From the NCBI GenBank assembly GCA_017445245.1, contig JAFSUM010000033.1, positions 6,520 through 70,519 of the forward strand: a stretch of DNA of 64,000 bases, in the 5' to 3' direction. This document shows positions 41,995 through 52,218 of this stretch, piece after piece (the stretch's first letter is position 1; each line of letters opens with the position of its first letter). Source of the stretch: Bacilli bacterium. Lineage in GTDB: Bacteria; Bacillota_I; Bacilli_A; RFN20; CAG-826. Made by a program: the position numbers and the translations under genes. The notes beneath the pieces are model-generated. The model did not search any database. It saw only the letters and a list, made by a program, of their open reading frames with translations, and was not told where the DNA came from.

Positions 41995-43338
41995 ATGAAG
42001 AAATACACAAAATCGGACATTCTAGAAATGGCCAAAAAAGAGAAAGTCAGCTACGTGCGACTTCAGTTTTCGGACATCCTGGGCAATATCAAGGCGGTGG
42101 AAATCTCCGTTTCCCAACTTCCGGATGCCTTGGACAACAAAATTATTTTCGACGGTTCTTCGATCGAAGGCTTCGTCCGTATTAAAGAAGCGGACATGTT
42201 CCTTCATCCGGACTTTAGCACGTGGATGATTTTGTCCTTTGAAGACAATACTCATGGAACGGTCGCTCGTCTGATTTGCGACGTCTATACCTCCTATGGG
42301 AAACCGTTCCAAGGCGACCCGCGTTACATCCTCAAAAAACAAATAAAAGCGTTAAATGACGCGGGAATTGCAAGCTTTGACTGCGGATTTGAGCCAGAAT
42401 TCTTCCTTTTCAAATTAGATGAAAATGGCAATCCGACCGTGGATCCGGTGGATAACGGAAGCTATTTCGATTTGTCGCCTATCGACGGTGCCGAATACGT
42501 TAGGCGCGACATCGCCCTCGAACTAGAAAAACTCGGTTTCGTCATTTCCACGGCCCATCACGAAGTCGCGCCTGGTCAGGAAGAAGTCAACTTCCGTTTC
42601 GCCACCGTCCTTGAAGCCTGCGACAACGTCCAAACCTTCAAGCAGGTCGTTAAGTTCATCGCGAGGAAGCACGGCTACTACGCGACCTTCATGCCAAAGC
42701 CTATCGCGGGCATCAACGGTTCTGGTATGCACACTAATTGCTCGATGTCCGATGCGGAAGGGACGAACGTTTTCTTCGATCCGAAAGATCCGATGAAGCT
42801 CTCTCTTGTCTGCCGCAAGTTCATCACTGGCATCATCAAGCACGCTCGTGGCATGACCGCGATCACCAATCCGACCGTCAATTCTTATAAGCGCTTGATC
42901 CCCGGCTATGAAGCGCCTTGCTATGTCTGCTGGAGCGACGCGAACCGTTCTTCAATGATTCGCATTCCCTCCCAGCGCGGACAGGCGACTCGCGCCGAAC
43001 TGCGCCATGTCGATGGTACCAGCAACCCTTATTTGGCCCTTGCTGTCATCATTGCTGCCGGCCTTGATGGAATTCAAAACCTCAAGGACGACGAACTCGT
43101 CCCGCCGGTCTATGACAATATCTTTGCGTTGACGCGCCAGCAACGTGAAGCCCAGGGTATTCCGAACCTTCCCGAGAACCTAAAGGACGCTTTAAAAGAA
43201 GCCCAGAACGATCCCCTCATTTACAAGACGTTAGGCGAACATGCCTTCACCAAGTTCGTCGAAGCCAAATCCATTGAATGGGATGAGTTCCGCTGCTTGG
43301 TTACCGAGTGGGAACTCAAAAAATACCTATCTCGCTAA
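41995..43338 (+). CDS. glnA: Glutamine synthetase type I
   Basis: Contains VSYVRLQFSDILGNIK, GFEPEFFLF, HHEVAPGQEE, MPKPIAGINGSGMH and NPTVNSYKRL. Confidence 0.9.
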   Translation: MKKYTKSDILEMAKKEKVSYVRLQFSDILGNIKAVEISVSQLPDALDNKIIFDGSSIEGFVRIKEADMFLHPDFSTWMILSFEDNTHGTVARLICDVYTSYGKPFQGDPRYILKKQIKALNDAGIASFDCGFEPEFFLFKLDENGNPTVDPVDNGSYFDLSPIDGAEYVRRDIALELEKLGFVISTAHHEVAPGQEEVNFRFATVLEACDNVQTFKQVVKFIARKHGYYATFMPKPIAGINGSGMHTNCSMSDAEGTNVFFDPKDPMKLSLVCRKFITGIIKHARGMTAITNPTVNSYKRLIPGYEAPCYVCWSDANRSSMIRIPSQRGQATRAELRHVDGTSNPYLALAVIIAAGLDGIQNLKDDELVPPVYDNIFALTRQQREAQGIPNLPENLKDALKEAQNDPLIYKTLGEHAFTKFVEAKSIEWDEFRCLVTEWELKKYLSR

Positions 43339-43403
43339 ATAGAATTTCATTACGCCCGCCTTTGCCTATGGCTTTTCGCTACGAAGAAAAGCAAAATTAT
43401 GGA

Positions 43404-44555
43404 ATGAAAGTTGGCATTATCGGGGCTTCCGCGGCCGGTTTATATACCGCCATCCTCGTGGCAAAACGCCACCCGGATTATCGAGTTGTCGTCCTCGAGA
43501 AAAACGATAAAGCAGGAAAGAAATTGCTCGCGACGGGCAATGGACACTGCAATTTGTTCAATCTTTCGTTTTCCGGCAACGCGTTTAACCACCCAGAATT
43601 CGTTAATACCTTATTAAATAAATATAGTGTTTCAGACTTGCTCGCGACGTTCCGGGAACTAGGTATTTCCACAATTGAGAAAGACGGACTTCTATATCCG
43701 CTTTCCTTTAGCGCAGCCGCCCACGTTCGTTATTTGGTTACGCTTGCAGAGTCACTTGGGGTTCAATTCCGTTATGGCGAAAGGGTCGTTGGGATTAATG
43801 GACCGCAAGTAACGACAGATAAAAATGTTTATTCATTCGACAAGCTTGTTTATGCCTTCGGAGGCAAAAGCCAAGCCAATTTAGGGTCGGATGGATCCAT
43901 GTTCCTTCTCCTTTCAAAAAAGGGATATCACCTCGTAGAACAAGAGCCTTCTTTGTGCCCTCTTAAGAGCCCTGAGGTGCCAAAATCGCTATTCGGAATA
44001 CGCCATAAATGCGAGTTATGGTTGACGAAAGAAAACATGACTCTATATCACGAAATTGGCGAGGTGCTATTCAAAAAAGACGGCCTCTCTGGAATCGCCA
44101 TCATGAACGCTTCTTCTAGATACGAAAAAGGAGCGAGCGTCCGAATCGATTTGTTCCCAGAGCTAAGCGAGAAAGAACTCTATGAGAACCTGTGCCGTTC
44201 TTACCGCGCCAACCAAAGGGAATTCTTGGCGGCCGTATTAGAAAGGCCCTTAGAAGAATTTATCCTGCAAAAATCTAATATTTCATGCAAAACTGCGATA
44301 AAAGAATCTGATATTTCAAAGATTTGCAGCGTTTTGAAATCTCTTCAATTCCGTATTTCCGGGAAATATGGCTTTGAATCATCACAGGTTACAAGAGGCG
44401 GGATCGATTTGCGTGAGGTTGGAGAGAACCTTGAATCAAAACTGGAACCCAACGTATTTTTTACCGGAGAATGTTTGGACATCGACGGGCTGTGCGGAGG
44501 CTATAATTTGGGCTGGGCCCTGCTTTCCTCCAAGGTGGTCGCGGGGGCTTTATGA
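43404..44555 (+). CDS. HI0933/YhiN(BaiN)-family FAD-dependent oxidoreductase
   Basis: Contains VGIIGASAAGLY (a Rossmann-fold motif), KLLATGNGHCNL and a C-terminal GECLDIDGLCGGYNL. Confidence 0.7.
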   Translation: MKVGIIGASAAGLYTAILVAKRHPDYRVVVLEKNDKAGKKLLATGNGHCNLFNLSFSGNAFNHPEFVNTLLNKYSVSDLLATFRELGISTIEKDGLLYPLSFSAAAHVRYLVTLAESLGVQFRYGERVVGINGPQVTTDKNVYSFDKLVYAFGGKSQANLGSDGSMFLLLSKKGYHLVEQEPSLCPLKSPEVPKSLFGIRHKCELWLTKENMTLYHEIGEVLFKKDGLSGIAIMNASSRYEKGASVRIDLFPELSEKELYENLCRSYRANQREFLAAVLERPLEEFILQKSNISCKTAIKESDISKICSVLKSLQFRISGKYGFESSQVTRGGIDLREVGENLESKLEPNVFFTGECLDIDGLCGGYNLGWALLSSKVVAGAL

Positions 44556-45967
44556 AATTTTTAGTTGACGATATTCTAGTAAACGAAAAAGATGCACCTG
44601 CCACTATTCGAAAGAAGGTGGCGGACCGGCTTGGCGCGAACTATCGAAGCCTTCGTATTCAGGTTTTGAATCGCCGTTGGATTCGTAACGAGGACGGGGG
44701 TCATGTTCTCCTTTCCATTCTTGCCGAGACCAACGAGTTCCTTCGCTCTACGACAACTTTTGCCTATTCTGGTGATCCTGATTTGAAGCTTGAAAAACCT
44801 TCTTGGAAAGATCGTCCGGTCGTCGCGGGATTTGGGATTCCGGGAATCATCGCCGCTTACTATTTGGTGAAGCGCGGCTTGAAACCTATCGTGCTTGAAA
44901 GGGGCGACAGTCTTACGAAACAAGGGACATCTCCGAAAGACAAAGAGACTCTTACCCCCGACGATGAAGGCGGCATCTTTGCTCACTCGGGCGGCATCTA
45001 CAACACGGACAACATGGATAAGGAACTTCGCGCTATGTTAGCCGAAGACGGCATCCTGTTTTTCGAACCCGATGCATATGGCTTCTTAACGCCAATCCAA
45101 GTCCGAAACATTATCAGCAAACTCCATTCTTATATTGTCGATAGGGGAGGCGAAATCATCTTCAACGCGACATACCTCGGCATCAAAAAACGATTTGGCA
45201 GATTCAAAGGCGTCCTTTATTCGCATGAAGGAACGAGCAAAATCATCAAGACAACAAAGTTGCTTTTGACCTATGGCGCGTGTGACGATGTTTTCTTTGT
45301 CGGCACCAGCGTCCCAACCCTTCCCCAGAATTTCAACACTTGCATCTACGACCGGAAGACGATTGATGAAAAGGTTGCCCCTTTCTATGCGGAGTCCGAA
45401 ATCAAATTACCTCAGACCACGAGAGGACTCTTTCTTACTGGTTTAAAGAACGCGCGCGTAATGGATATCGGTTTCCGTTCCGAGATGTGTTTACAGACAT
45501 ACAACTTCGACGGAAAAGGAAAATACATCCATTCCTTCATCGGCGTGGAGACGACAAAAGAAGAGGCGGAAAAGATTTGCAAAGGCGCCTATGACACGGG
45601 CAAACCAAGACGGATTCCTTGCTCTGGCGTAAATGATTTCCTCACGAAGAAGAATCCGCTTCGTCTTGGTTCAATCAAACCAGAACGCGTCGCAGACATC
45701 CGCCTAGACAGCTTCGCCAAACTTATGGGGGCCATCACGGCTAGAAGGTTAGCCAACGTCTTGAATCACTGCGCGAAGACCTATCCTTATCTCGTTGCCA
45801 AAGACTCCATCCTCGAAGGGTTGATGGTCTTTTCAGGTTGCAAAGATGACGAGCCCCAGAAGATTGACGGGATCTATGTCTCGAGAGTCGCAGCTATCCA
45901 TTCGATGGATTTTTCGGCCAAGGCAACCTCGGGTTTTCGCGCGGCCAAGCTGATGTGCGAACGATAA
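44552..45967 (+). CDS. FAD-dependent protein (COG2509-like)
   Basis: Contains PVVAGFGIPGIIAAYYLVKRGLKPIVLERG. Its start overlaps the upstream stop (ATGA). Confidence 0.6.
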   Translation: MKFLVDDILVNEKDAPATIRKKVADRLGANYRSLRIQVLNRRWIRNEDGGHVLLSILAETNEFLRSTTTFAYSGDPDLKLEKPSWKDRPVVAGFGIPGIIAAYYLVKRGLKPIVLERGDSLTKQGTSPKDKETLTPDDEGGIFAHSGGIYNTDNMDKELRAMLAEDGILFFEPDAYGFLTPIQVRNIISKLHSYIVDRGGEIIFNATYLGIKKRFGRFKGVLYSHEGTSKIIKTTKLLLTYGACDDVFFVGTSVPTLPQNFNTCIYDRKTIDEKVAPFYAESEIKLPQTTRGLFLTGLKNARVMDIGFRSEMCLQTYNFDGKGKYIHSFIGVETTKEEAEKICKGAYDTGKPRRIPCSGVNDFLTKKNPLRLGSIKPERVADIRLDSFAKLMGAITARRLANVLNHCAKTYPYLVAKDSILEGLMVFSGCKDDEPQKIDGIYVSRVAAIHSMDFSAKATSGFRAAKLMCER

Positions 45968-46048
45968 TTCATATGCGTGGCGATGGCAATAAAGCCTCGC
46001 TTTGCTATAATCCGTTTTTGACTAGAACGAATAGATGAGGAGAAAACT

Positions 46049-47305
46049 ATGAGCACCGAAAAAGTCCTATCCCTTCTTGCGACCTCCTATAGCCCCTTTC
46101 ACGCGATTAAAAATATGGAAGAGGAACTCGTTAAGGCGGGTTTCAAAGAGTTAGATGAAACAAAGGCATTTCAGCTGAATTGCGGGGATTCTTATTTTGT
46201 AAAACGCAACGATTCTTCGCTAATTGCGTTCCGTTTACCGAAAAATTGCAAAGATTTCGCGTTTAAAATCCTTGCAACTCATAGCGATTCACCAACCTTT
46301 AAAATCAAACCGAATCCCTTGCTGAAAAAGGGTGACTTGCTCCTTCTAAACGTCGAGCCCTATGGCGGGATGATCCATTCGACCTGGCTGGACCGTCCGC
46401 TTTCTTTCGCAGGCCGCGTCGTCATAAAGAACAAGGAGGGGACCAAGCCGTATCTACTCTCCATCGATGAAGATCTTCTTCAGATTCCAAACCTCTGTAT
46501 CCACATGAACCGCGAGATCAATAATGGCTTTGCCTATAACCCGGCAAAAGATTTGATCCCGGTTTTCGGGAAAGTCGATGAAGGATTTGACTTCAATGCC
46601 TATCTTTTGGAGAAGCTCGGTGTCGAAGGTGAGATTCTCGCGCACGACTTATTCCTTTATAATCGGGATAAGCCGCGTCTACTGGGCAAAAAGAAAGAGT
46701 TCTTAAGCGCCGGAAGATTGGATGACCTTTCATCGGCTTATACGGGACTACTTGGTTTCCTCGACGCCGAAAACGACGCGGGCGTGAACGTGTTTACTTG
46801 TTTCGATAACGAAGAAGTCGGCTCCTTAACCCGCCAAGGGGCGAATAGCGATTTCCTAAAGAACGTCCTAAAGCGGATTCTCCTCGCCTTAGGCGAAAAG
46901 GATCGCTTCGAGGAAATCTTGGCCCGCTCATTCTTGCTTTCTGCGGACAACGCGCACGCCAATCACCCGAACTACCCCGAAATCAGTGACCCGACCACTC
47001 ACGTTAGTCTTGGTGGGGGCATCGTCATCAAATACAACGCGAACCAAAAATATACTTCTGACGCCTTGAGTGCCTCTTATGTTAAAGAGATCGCCGCGAG
47101 AACAGGGGTGCCCGTTCAGGAATACACCAACCGCAGCGACCTGCGGGGCGGATCCACGCTTGGAAACATCTCCAATTCAGAACTCTCCTTGATGAGTTGC
47201 GACATTGGGCTTCCGCAGTTGGCCATGCACAGCAGCAACGAGTTTATGGCCGTTGCCGACCTCGATTACATGGTCAAACTTTCTAAGGCATTTTTCGGAA
47301 AGTAA
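46049..47305 (+). CDS. M18-family aminopeptidase
   Basis: GAGGAG Shine-Dalgarno. Contains ATHSDSPTFKIKPNP, FDNEEVGS and HSSNE. Confidence 0.8.
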   Translation: MSTEKVLSLLATSYSPFHAIKNMEEELVKAGFKELDETKAFQLNCGDSYFVKRNDSSLIAFRLPKNCKDFAFKILATHSDSPTFKIKPNPLLKKGDLLLLNVEPYGGMIHSTWLDRPLSFAGRVVIKNKEGTKPYLLSIDEDLLQIPNLCIHMNREINNGFAYNPAKDLIPVFGKVDEGFDFNAYLLEKLGVEGEILAHDLFLYNRDKPRLLGKKKEFLSAGRLDDLSSAYTGLLGFLDAENDAGVNVFTCFDNEEVGSLTRQGANSDFLKNVLKRILLALGEKDRFEEILARSFLLSADNAHANHPNYPEISDPTTHVSLGGGIVIKYNANQKYTSDALSASYVKEIAARTGVPVQEYTNRSDLRGGSTLGNISNSELSLMSCDIGLPQLAMHSSNEFMAVADLDYMVKLSKAFFGK

Positions 47306-47482
47306 AATCTAGTTAACACTATTTAGCGCTTTTTTAGCACATTTAGGTTTTAAATTGGGAAAATTGTCCTATAATTCAATTGCCGCCGATTGCGCGTCCT
47401 GTTCCCCCTACATGTCCAAACTCGGGATGCGCTTCAGCGGTTTTTCTATTCTTCTCTAGTTGTGGTAGGATAACCGCCATCT

Positions 47483-48697
47483 ATGGATCCGATGCAAAGC
47501 ATGGAAAACATTCGAATCGGAATGGGCAAGAAACGCTTCTATTTCGTTTCCTGCTCCCTGTATTTGCTTTTCTTCATGGGCGATGCCTTCCTCACGAGCT
47601 ACTACTCGCATTATTTCATCGCCAACGGAATGGATCCGATGCAACAATCCGTTTTGCTAGGCGTGATTCCGTTATCGTTGTTCTTAGGCTGCGTCATCAT
47701 GTCACCTTTTGCCAAAAACTCGAGGCGTGCATTGATCCTTTTCCGGGCTTGTGCCTTGCTGGAGGCTTCGCTTAGCATCGGCTTTGCCTTTTGTTCCTCG
47801 TTCTGGGCATTATTGCCGATGACGTTCCTCATCGGTTTCTTCAACGGGGCCCCATTCCCTTTTATTGAAGGGTACGTCGCACCGAGGGCCAAAGCCCTGG
47901 GAATTCCATTTTCCACCGTCCGCATGTTCGGGACGCTTGGTTATATTGTTTCCTTGCTGCTTGGCTATCTCGTGCTGGCGAATCTACCGGTTCGCGATTG
48001 TTACTATTTTGCTGGTTCTTTGTTCTTCGTCGCCTTCTTCATCAGTTTCCTTTTGAAAGCAAAATCCCAGGTTATTGTCGAGGAAGAGCCTGCTGAAAAA
48101 CCCTCTAAAAAGGGAAGATTTATATGCAAACCCCTCATAATCTTTTTGATTTCGCAGTTATTTCTGTACGGTGCATTTACCGCGATGAGCTACCTTTTGC
48201 CCGTCCGATTGAAAGGGCTAGGGCTGAGTGATTCGGACTATTCGTTAATCCGCGGGTTTGGCATGGTGGCCGAACTTGTGACGATGCTTTTGATTCCTTT
48301 GCTCGGAAAGAAGATCCGTCGTTATAAGATTCCGATTCTTATCGCGTCTTTTGTGTGCCTAACCGCCTCTTCCTGCGGCATCTTCGTGACCTCTTCTTAT
48401 GGTCTTGCTTATAGTGCGCTTTTGCTCTCTGGCGTCGGTAAAGCGTTCTTGTTTGCCTATCAAGCTCTCTTTTTGCAGGACATCATCGGCGAAGAACGGC
48501 TTGCCGAGGCCCTTACGATCAACACGGCCGTAACAAACCTAACCGCCGCCGGGCTTAATTTAGCTAGTTCAAGCATTTATACGGCGTGGACTTTCCAAGG
48601 CTACTTCGGCTTGATCGTAGGGTTAGAAGTAGTGGGCGTCGTTCTTGTTTTCTTGATTCGGCCAAAGCGCACCGAGGCCTCTGCTTCGGAAGGATAG
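47483..48697 (+). CDS. MFS transporter (start codon uncertain)
   Basis: The hydrophobicity pattern suggests about 12 TM segments. In-frame alternative starts are at 47501 and 47522. Confidence 0.65.
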   Translation: MDPMQSMENIRIGMGKKRFYFVSCSLYLLFFMGDAFLTSYYSHYFIANGMDPMQQSVLLGVIPLSLFLGCVIMSPFAKNSRRALILFRACALLEASLSIGFAFCSSFWALLPMTFLIGFFNGAPFPFIEGYVAPRAKALGIPFSTVRMFGTLGYIVSLLLGYLVLANLPVRDCYYFAGSLFFVAFFISFLLKAKSQVIVEEEPAEKPSKKGRFICKPLIIFLISQLFLYGAFTAMSYLLPVRLKGLGLSDSDYSLIRGFGMVAELVTMLLIPLLGKKIRRYKIPILIASFVCLTASSCGIFVTSSYGLAYSALLLSGVGKAFLFAYQALFLQDIIGEERLAEALTINTAVTNLTAAGLNLASSSIYTAWTFQGYFGLIVGLEVVGVVLVFLIRPKRTEASASEG

Positions 48698-48807
48698 GCG
48701 CGCGCCTTGCGAATGCGCATTGACACCCTATCTAAGATAGACTTTAATATTGGGGCTGCTTTTTTGCCCTCATACGGCCAAAGGGGCATGTAAAGAGAGG
48801 TTTAGTT

Positions 48808-49767
48808 ATGAAATATTCACCCACCACTCGCCTAATGAACGTCATCCTGTGCGCGCTTCTGTGTTTTGGATTTGGCTATCTCGCCGTTTATTTCGGCTTC
48901 CTTGTCACCCCGTTCCTCTGGATTGGTAGGGGTCCCATCGATCTTCCGACCATGGGCCTTGCCCTTCCGTTGATGCTCGGTGCCTTCGGCCTTGCCGGTG
49001 CCCTCATCTCCCTCTATGGCTTGTTCAACTCTGTTGTTTCCATCATGAAGGAAAAGGATGATGCCCCCGTTGTTCGCACCTTTGGCGCTTACATCGCCAT
49101 CGGCTACCTCATCGCCTTCTTCTGCCTCTTCAACGCCATCTGGCTCTACCGCCTCACCTCGACGAACATCGGCTATAACGAATTTGCCTTCGTTATCACC
49201 GTCTATGCCGTTCTCTTCTTCGTTGCCTTGATCGTTTCCAACATCCCCGTTCTCAAACTCTTCGGCGAGCACGAAGAACTCAACAAGATCATGAAGATCA
49301 TCGATGGCAGCTTAACCGTCAGCACCCTTTCCATCGGCGTCCTCTTCGGTGTCAGCTACTTGGTCTTCAATGGTTCTGGCGATGTCGCGAACAAAGCTCT
49401 CGTTCTCCGTAACATGGGCATTGCCGCTCTCATCTTCCTTGTCGCTGCTCTTCTTGGCTGCCTCGCCTTCCTCGGCTATGGCAAAGCCGCCAAGGCCAAC
49501 GTCACCAATAAGAAGAACGGCCTTCTCTTCGAGGGCTCCCTCCTCTTGGTTGGTGGCGCGATCATCTTCGCTGGTGTTGCCGAATACCTCAGCCAGTCCG
49601 GCAAGAACCCCGCGAGCGTCTCCTTCGTTTACAAGAGCACCCCGAACACCAACCCCAACTATATGGAGTTCAGCATTGTTGCCTTCGTGTTCGGTTCCCT
49701 CATCGTTCTCGCCGCCCTCTACCTCATGCTCAATACTCTTAAGGGCGATAAGAAAGCGGCTCGCTAA
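48808..49767 (+). CDS. Polytopic membrane protein, uncharacterised
   Basis: GAGAGG Shine-Dalgarno. There are about 8 hydrophobic segments. I recognised no family. Confidence 0.55.
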   Translation: MKYSPTTRLMNVILCALLCFGFGYLAVYFGFLVTPFLWIGRGPIDLPTMGLALPLMLGAFGLAGALISLYGLFNSVVSIMKEKDDAPVVRTFGAYIAIGYLIAFFCLFNAIWLYRLTSTNIGYNEFAFVITVYAVLFFVALIVSNIPVLKLFGEHEELNKIMKIIDGSLTVSTLSIGVLFGVSYLVFNGSGDVANKALVLRNMGIAALIFLVAALLGCLAFLGYGKAAKANVTNKKNGLLFEGSLLLVGGAIIFAGVAEYLSQSGKNPASVSFVYKSTPNTNPNYMEFSIVAFVFGSLIVLAALYLMLNTLKGDKKAAR

Positions 49768-49782
49768 TAACAAAACCAAAAC

Positions 49783-49808
49783 AAAAACTCGGTTTCTGCC
49801 GAGTTTTT
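49783..49808. terminator. Bidirectional terminator
   Basis: The hairpin is AAAAACTCGG-tttctg-CCGAGTTTTT. Confidence 0.65.
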
Positions 49809-50325
49809 ATTTGCCTTCTATTAGGTTTTTGGCCCTTTTGGAGATGTAGCTTTCGTCGATGACGACGTATTCGTCATAGAGGTCGATGATCTCTTGGGTC
49901 GGATATTCGAACTCGGCCCGAAGCGATTCCATTGCCTCGTCGGATACGATGCGGGAATGGTGCCGCATCTTGTTTTGAATCTTGCAGATTTCAAACGGGA
50001 TATCGAAGAGGACGAGGACGTGCTTATGGAACTTCGGGGTCTGCTTGCAGTAGTACTCGCGGTACTTGTTTTGCAGATTTGTCGCATCGGCGATGACCGT
50101 CGTTCCCTCATCATCTTCCGCGTGCTCGTTAAGTTCTTTTAGGAAGGTTTCCCACACCAGAGCCTCGTGCTCGAAATTCTGCACGCCACCGGAAACGCGT
50201 TGGCGCACGTCGTCGGAGGCAACGATATAGGTCTTGGGGTGTTCTTGGCGGTAGTGGTTGGCCCAAGTGGACTTGCCCGAACCAGGAATCGCCGAGAGCA
50301 GAATAAGGGTTGCCATACGGGCCAT
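49807..50325 (-). CDS. P-loop kinase-fold ATPase (AAA_33/PNK-like)
   Basis: Walker A is SAIPGSGKSTWA. The protein is about 170 aa. A TAATAT hexamer abuts the first ATG, so the true start may be the ATG at 50316. Confidence 0.6.
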   Translation of the reverse strand: MARMATLILLSAIPGSGKSTWANHYRQEHPKTYIVASDDVRQRVSGGVQNFEHEALVWETFLKELNEHAEDDEGTTVIADATNLQNKYREYYCKQTPKFHKHVLVLFDIPFEICKIQNKMRHHSRIVSDEAMESLRAEFEYPTQEIIDLYDEYVVIDESYISKRAKNLIEGK

Positions 50326-50476
50326 ATATTAGCGCGCGGGCGCGCCCATTTCTATTAGGAAAGCGAAACGTGTCACCCGTCTCTTTGGTTTTCTTACGGT
50401 CATTAACCCGCTAATCCATCGTTAATCAGCAGAAATTGACAACCAAAGCGCCTTGTTTTTCAAGTGCCCTTCTTTT

Positions 50477-50485
50477 TGCTAAAAT
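50477..50485 (+). promoter_or_regulatory. Extended -10 TGcTAAAAT, 8 nt upstream of the ATG at 50494 (leaderless candidate)
   Basis: Direct reading, with no Shine-Dalgarno. Confidence 0.4.
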
Positions 50486-50493
50486 ATGCCTCG

Positions 50494-51078
50494 ATGGAAG
50501 AAGTCATCATCGCCAAAAACAAGAAATTCGTCGTCGAATCCGTGAAAATGGTTCATGAAGATCATACGACGTATATTTGCACATGGTCGGGTAGAACTTA
50601 TCTAGTTCGCACCTTTGTCACCGGCTTCCAAGAGACCATGGAAGACTATAAAAGGCTCAAACGCGCCGGCATCAACATGGCCAAGATTTGTTTCCATGAC
50701 GACGAGAAGAAGGTCATTGTTTTTGACTACTTCCCCGAAGACGATTGCCTCACCGCCCTTTCGAAAGGACCGCTCGCGGACATTTATTTTGACGCCCTCT
50801 TTGCCTTATATCGCTTCGCTCGTTTCTCCAAAGTTGCCTTGGACTGGGAACCGCAGAATTTCATGTTACGTGGTACCCAGATGTTCTATTTGCCGACAAA
50901 GTGGGAACCCCTAACCGAAAATAACGGTTTGGAAAAAGGCGGAATCCGCACCTGGTTCCTCGGAAAGGAAGGGCGCGGCTTGCTCGTAAGAAAAGGCTAT
51001 GACATCTCCGCTCTTCCGACGATCGAAGACGCATTAGTCAACAAGTCGATCGTCCTTCATTCTATTCAACATTGGTGA
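50494..51078 (+). CDS. Hypothetical protein with a kinase-like catalytic-loop remnant
   Basis: ALDWEPQNFML resembles the D-x-x-P-x-N catalytic loop of protein-kinase-like folds. I saw no obvious DFG motif. Confidence 0.5.
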   Translation: MEEVIIAKNKKFVVESVKMVHEDHTTYICTWSGRTYLVRTFVTGFQETMEDYKRLKRAGINMAKICFHDDEKKVIVFDYFPEDDCLTALSKGPLADIYFDALFALYRFARFSKVALDWEPQNFMLRGTQMFYLPTKWEPLTENNGLEKGGIRTWFLGKEGRGLLVRKGYDISALPTIEDALVNKSIVLHSIQHW

Positions 51079-51090
51079 TAATCTTTCACC

Positions 51091-52218
51091 ATGTCGAAGT
51101 CGTTTGGTTTAGAAATCCTTCACGTCGATAAAAAGACGGGTGCCCGTTATGGTATTTTGCATACGCCTCATGGCGATGTCGAAACGCCGATGTTTATGCC
51201 CGTCGGCACGAATGCGACCCTCAAAATGCTTTCGCCTGAGCAAGTTGCCGCCTGCGGAAGCGGTGTCGTTTTAGCGAACACGTACCATCTTCATATCCGT
51301 CCAGGCGCGGAAATCGTTAAGAAAGCCGGTGGCCTTCATAAATTTATGAATTATCACGGCCCGATCCTTACCGATTCGGGCGGTTTCCAGGTCTTCTCCC
51401 TCGCCTCTAGACGCAAAATTACGGAGGATGGGGCAACATTTCGTAATGAAATCGACGGCGGAAAGGAGTTCTTCTCCCCCGAAGTCGCGATTGGAATCCA
51501 AGAAGCTCTTGGAGCCGACATCATCATGTCCTTCGATGAATGTATTCCTTATCCCGCTTCCCGCGAATACGTGGCCCGTTCTACCGAGCGCACCTATCGT
51601 TGGGCCAAGAGGGGGCTCGAAGCAAAGACGCGAGACGACCAAGCGCTTTTTGGCATTGTCCAAGGCGGCGCCTACCCTGATTTAAGAAGGCATGCCGCCG
51701 AACAATTGGCCGCCTTGCCTTTTGAAGGCTATTCGATCGGAGGCACCTCCATCGGAGAGCCCAAGGACGTGTGCTTCCAAATGGTTCGCGATGCCATCGC
51801 CCCCCTCCCGCAAGACAAACCGCGGTATCTGATGGGCGTCGGTTCTATCGATTACCTTCTCGAAGGCGTGATGCTAGGTGTCGACATGTTCGATTGCGTC
51901 TTGCCAACCCGCCTTGCCCGCCATGGAGCCTTGTTGACGCGCCACGGTCGGCTCAACATCCAACGCAAGGAATATGAAGAAGACTTCACCCCGATCGAAG
52001 CGGATTGCGATTGCTATACCTGCCAGCATTACACCAAGGCCTATCTCCGTCATCTCTACAAAGTCGGCGAAGGATTTGGCCAGACCCTCAATTCCATCCA
52101 CAATATCCGCTTTTTGATCCGTTTGATGGAAGAGGCCCGCGAAGCGATCAAAAATGACGTTTTTGCGGAGTTTAAAGAAAAAATCTACGCAGATTTCAAT
52201 GATCCGAGGGGTTTTTGA
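51091..52218 (+). CDS. tgt: Queuine tRNA-ribosyltransferase
   Basis: Contains [21 protein letters not shown] and the Zn site CDCYTC...H. Confidence 0.9.
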   Translation: MSKSFGLEILHVDKKTGARYGILHTPHGDVETPMFMPVGTNATLKMLSPEQVAACGSGVVLANTYHLHIRPGAEIVKKAGGLHKFMNYHGPILTDSGGFQVFSLASRRKITEDGATFRNEIDGGKEFFSPEVAIGIQEALGADIIMSFDECIPYPASREYVARSTERTYRWAKRGLEAKTRDDQALFGIVQGGAYPDLRRHAAEQLAALPFEGYSIGGTSIGEPKDVCFQMVRDAIAPLPQDKPRYLMGVGSIDYLLEGVMLGVDMFDCVLPTRLARHGALLTRHGRLNIQRKEYEEDFTPIEADCDCYTCQHYTKAYLRHLYKVGEGFGQTLNSIHNIRFLIRLMEEAREAIKNDVFAEFKEKIYADFNDPRGF

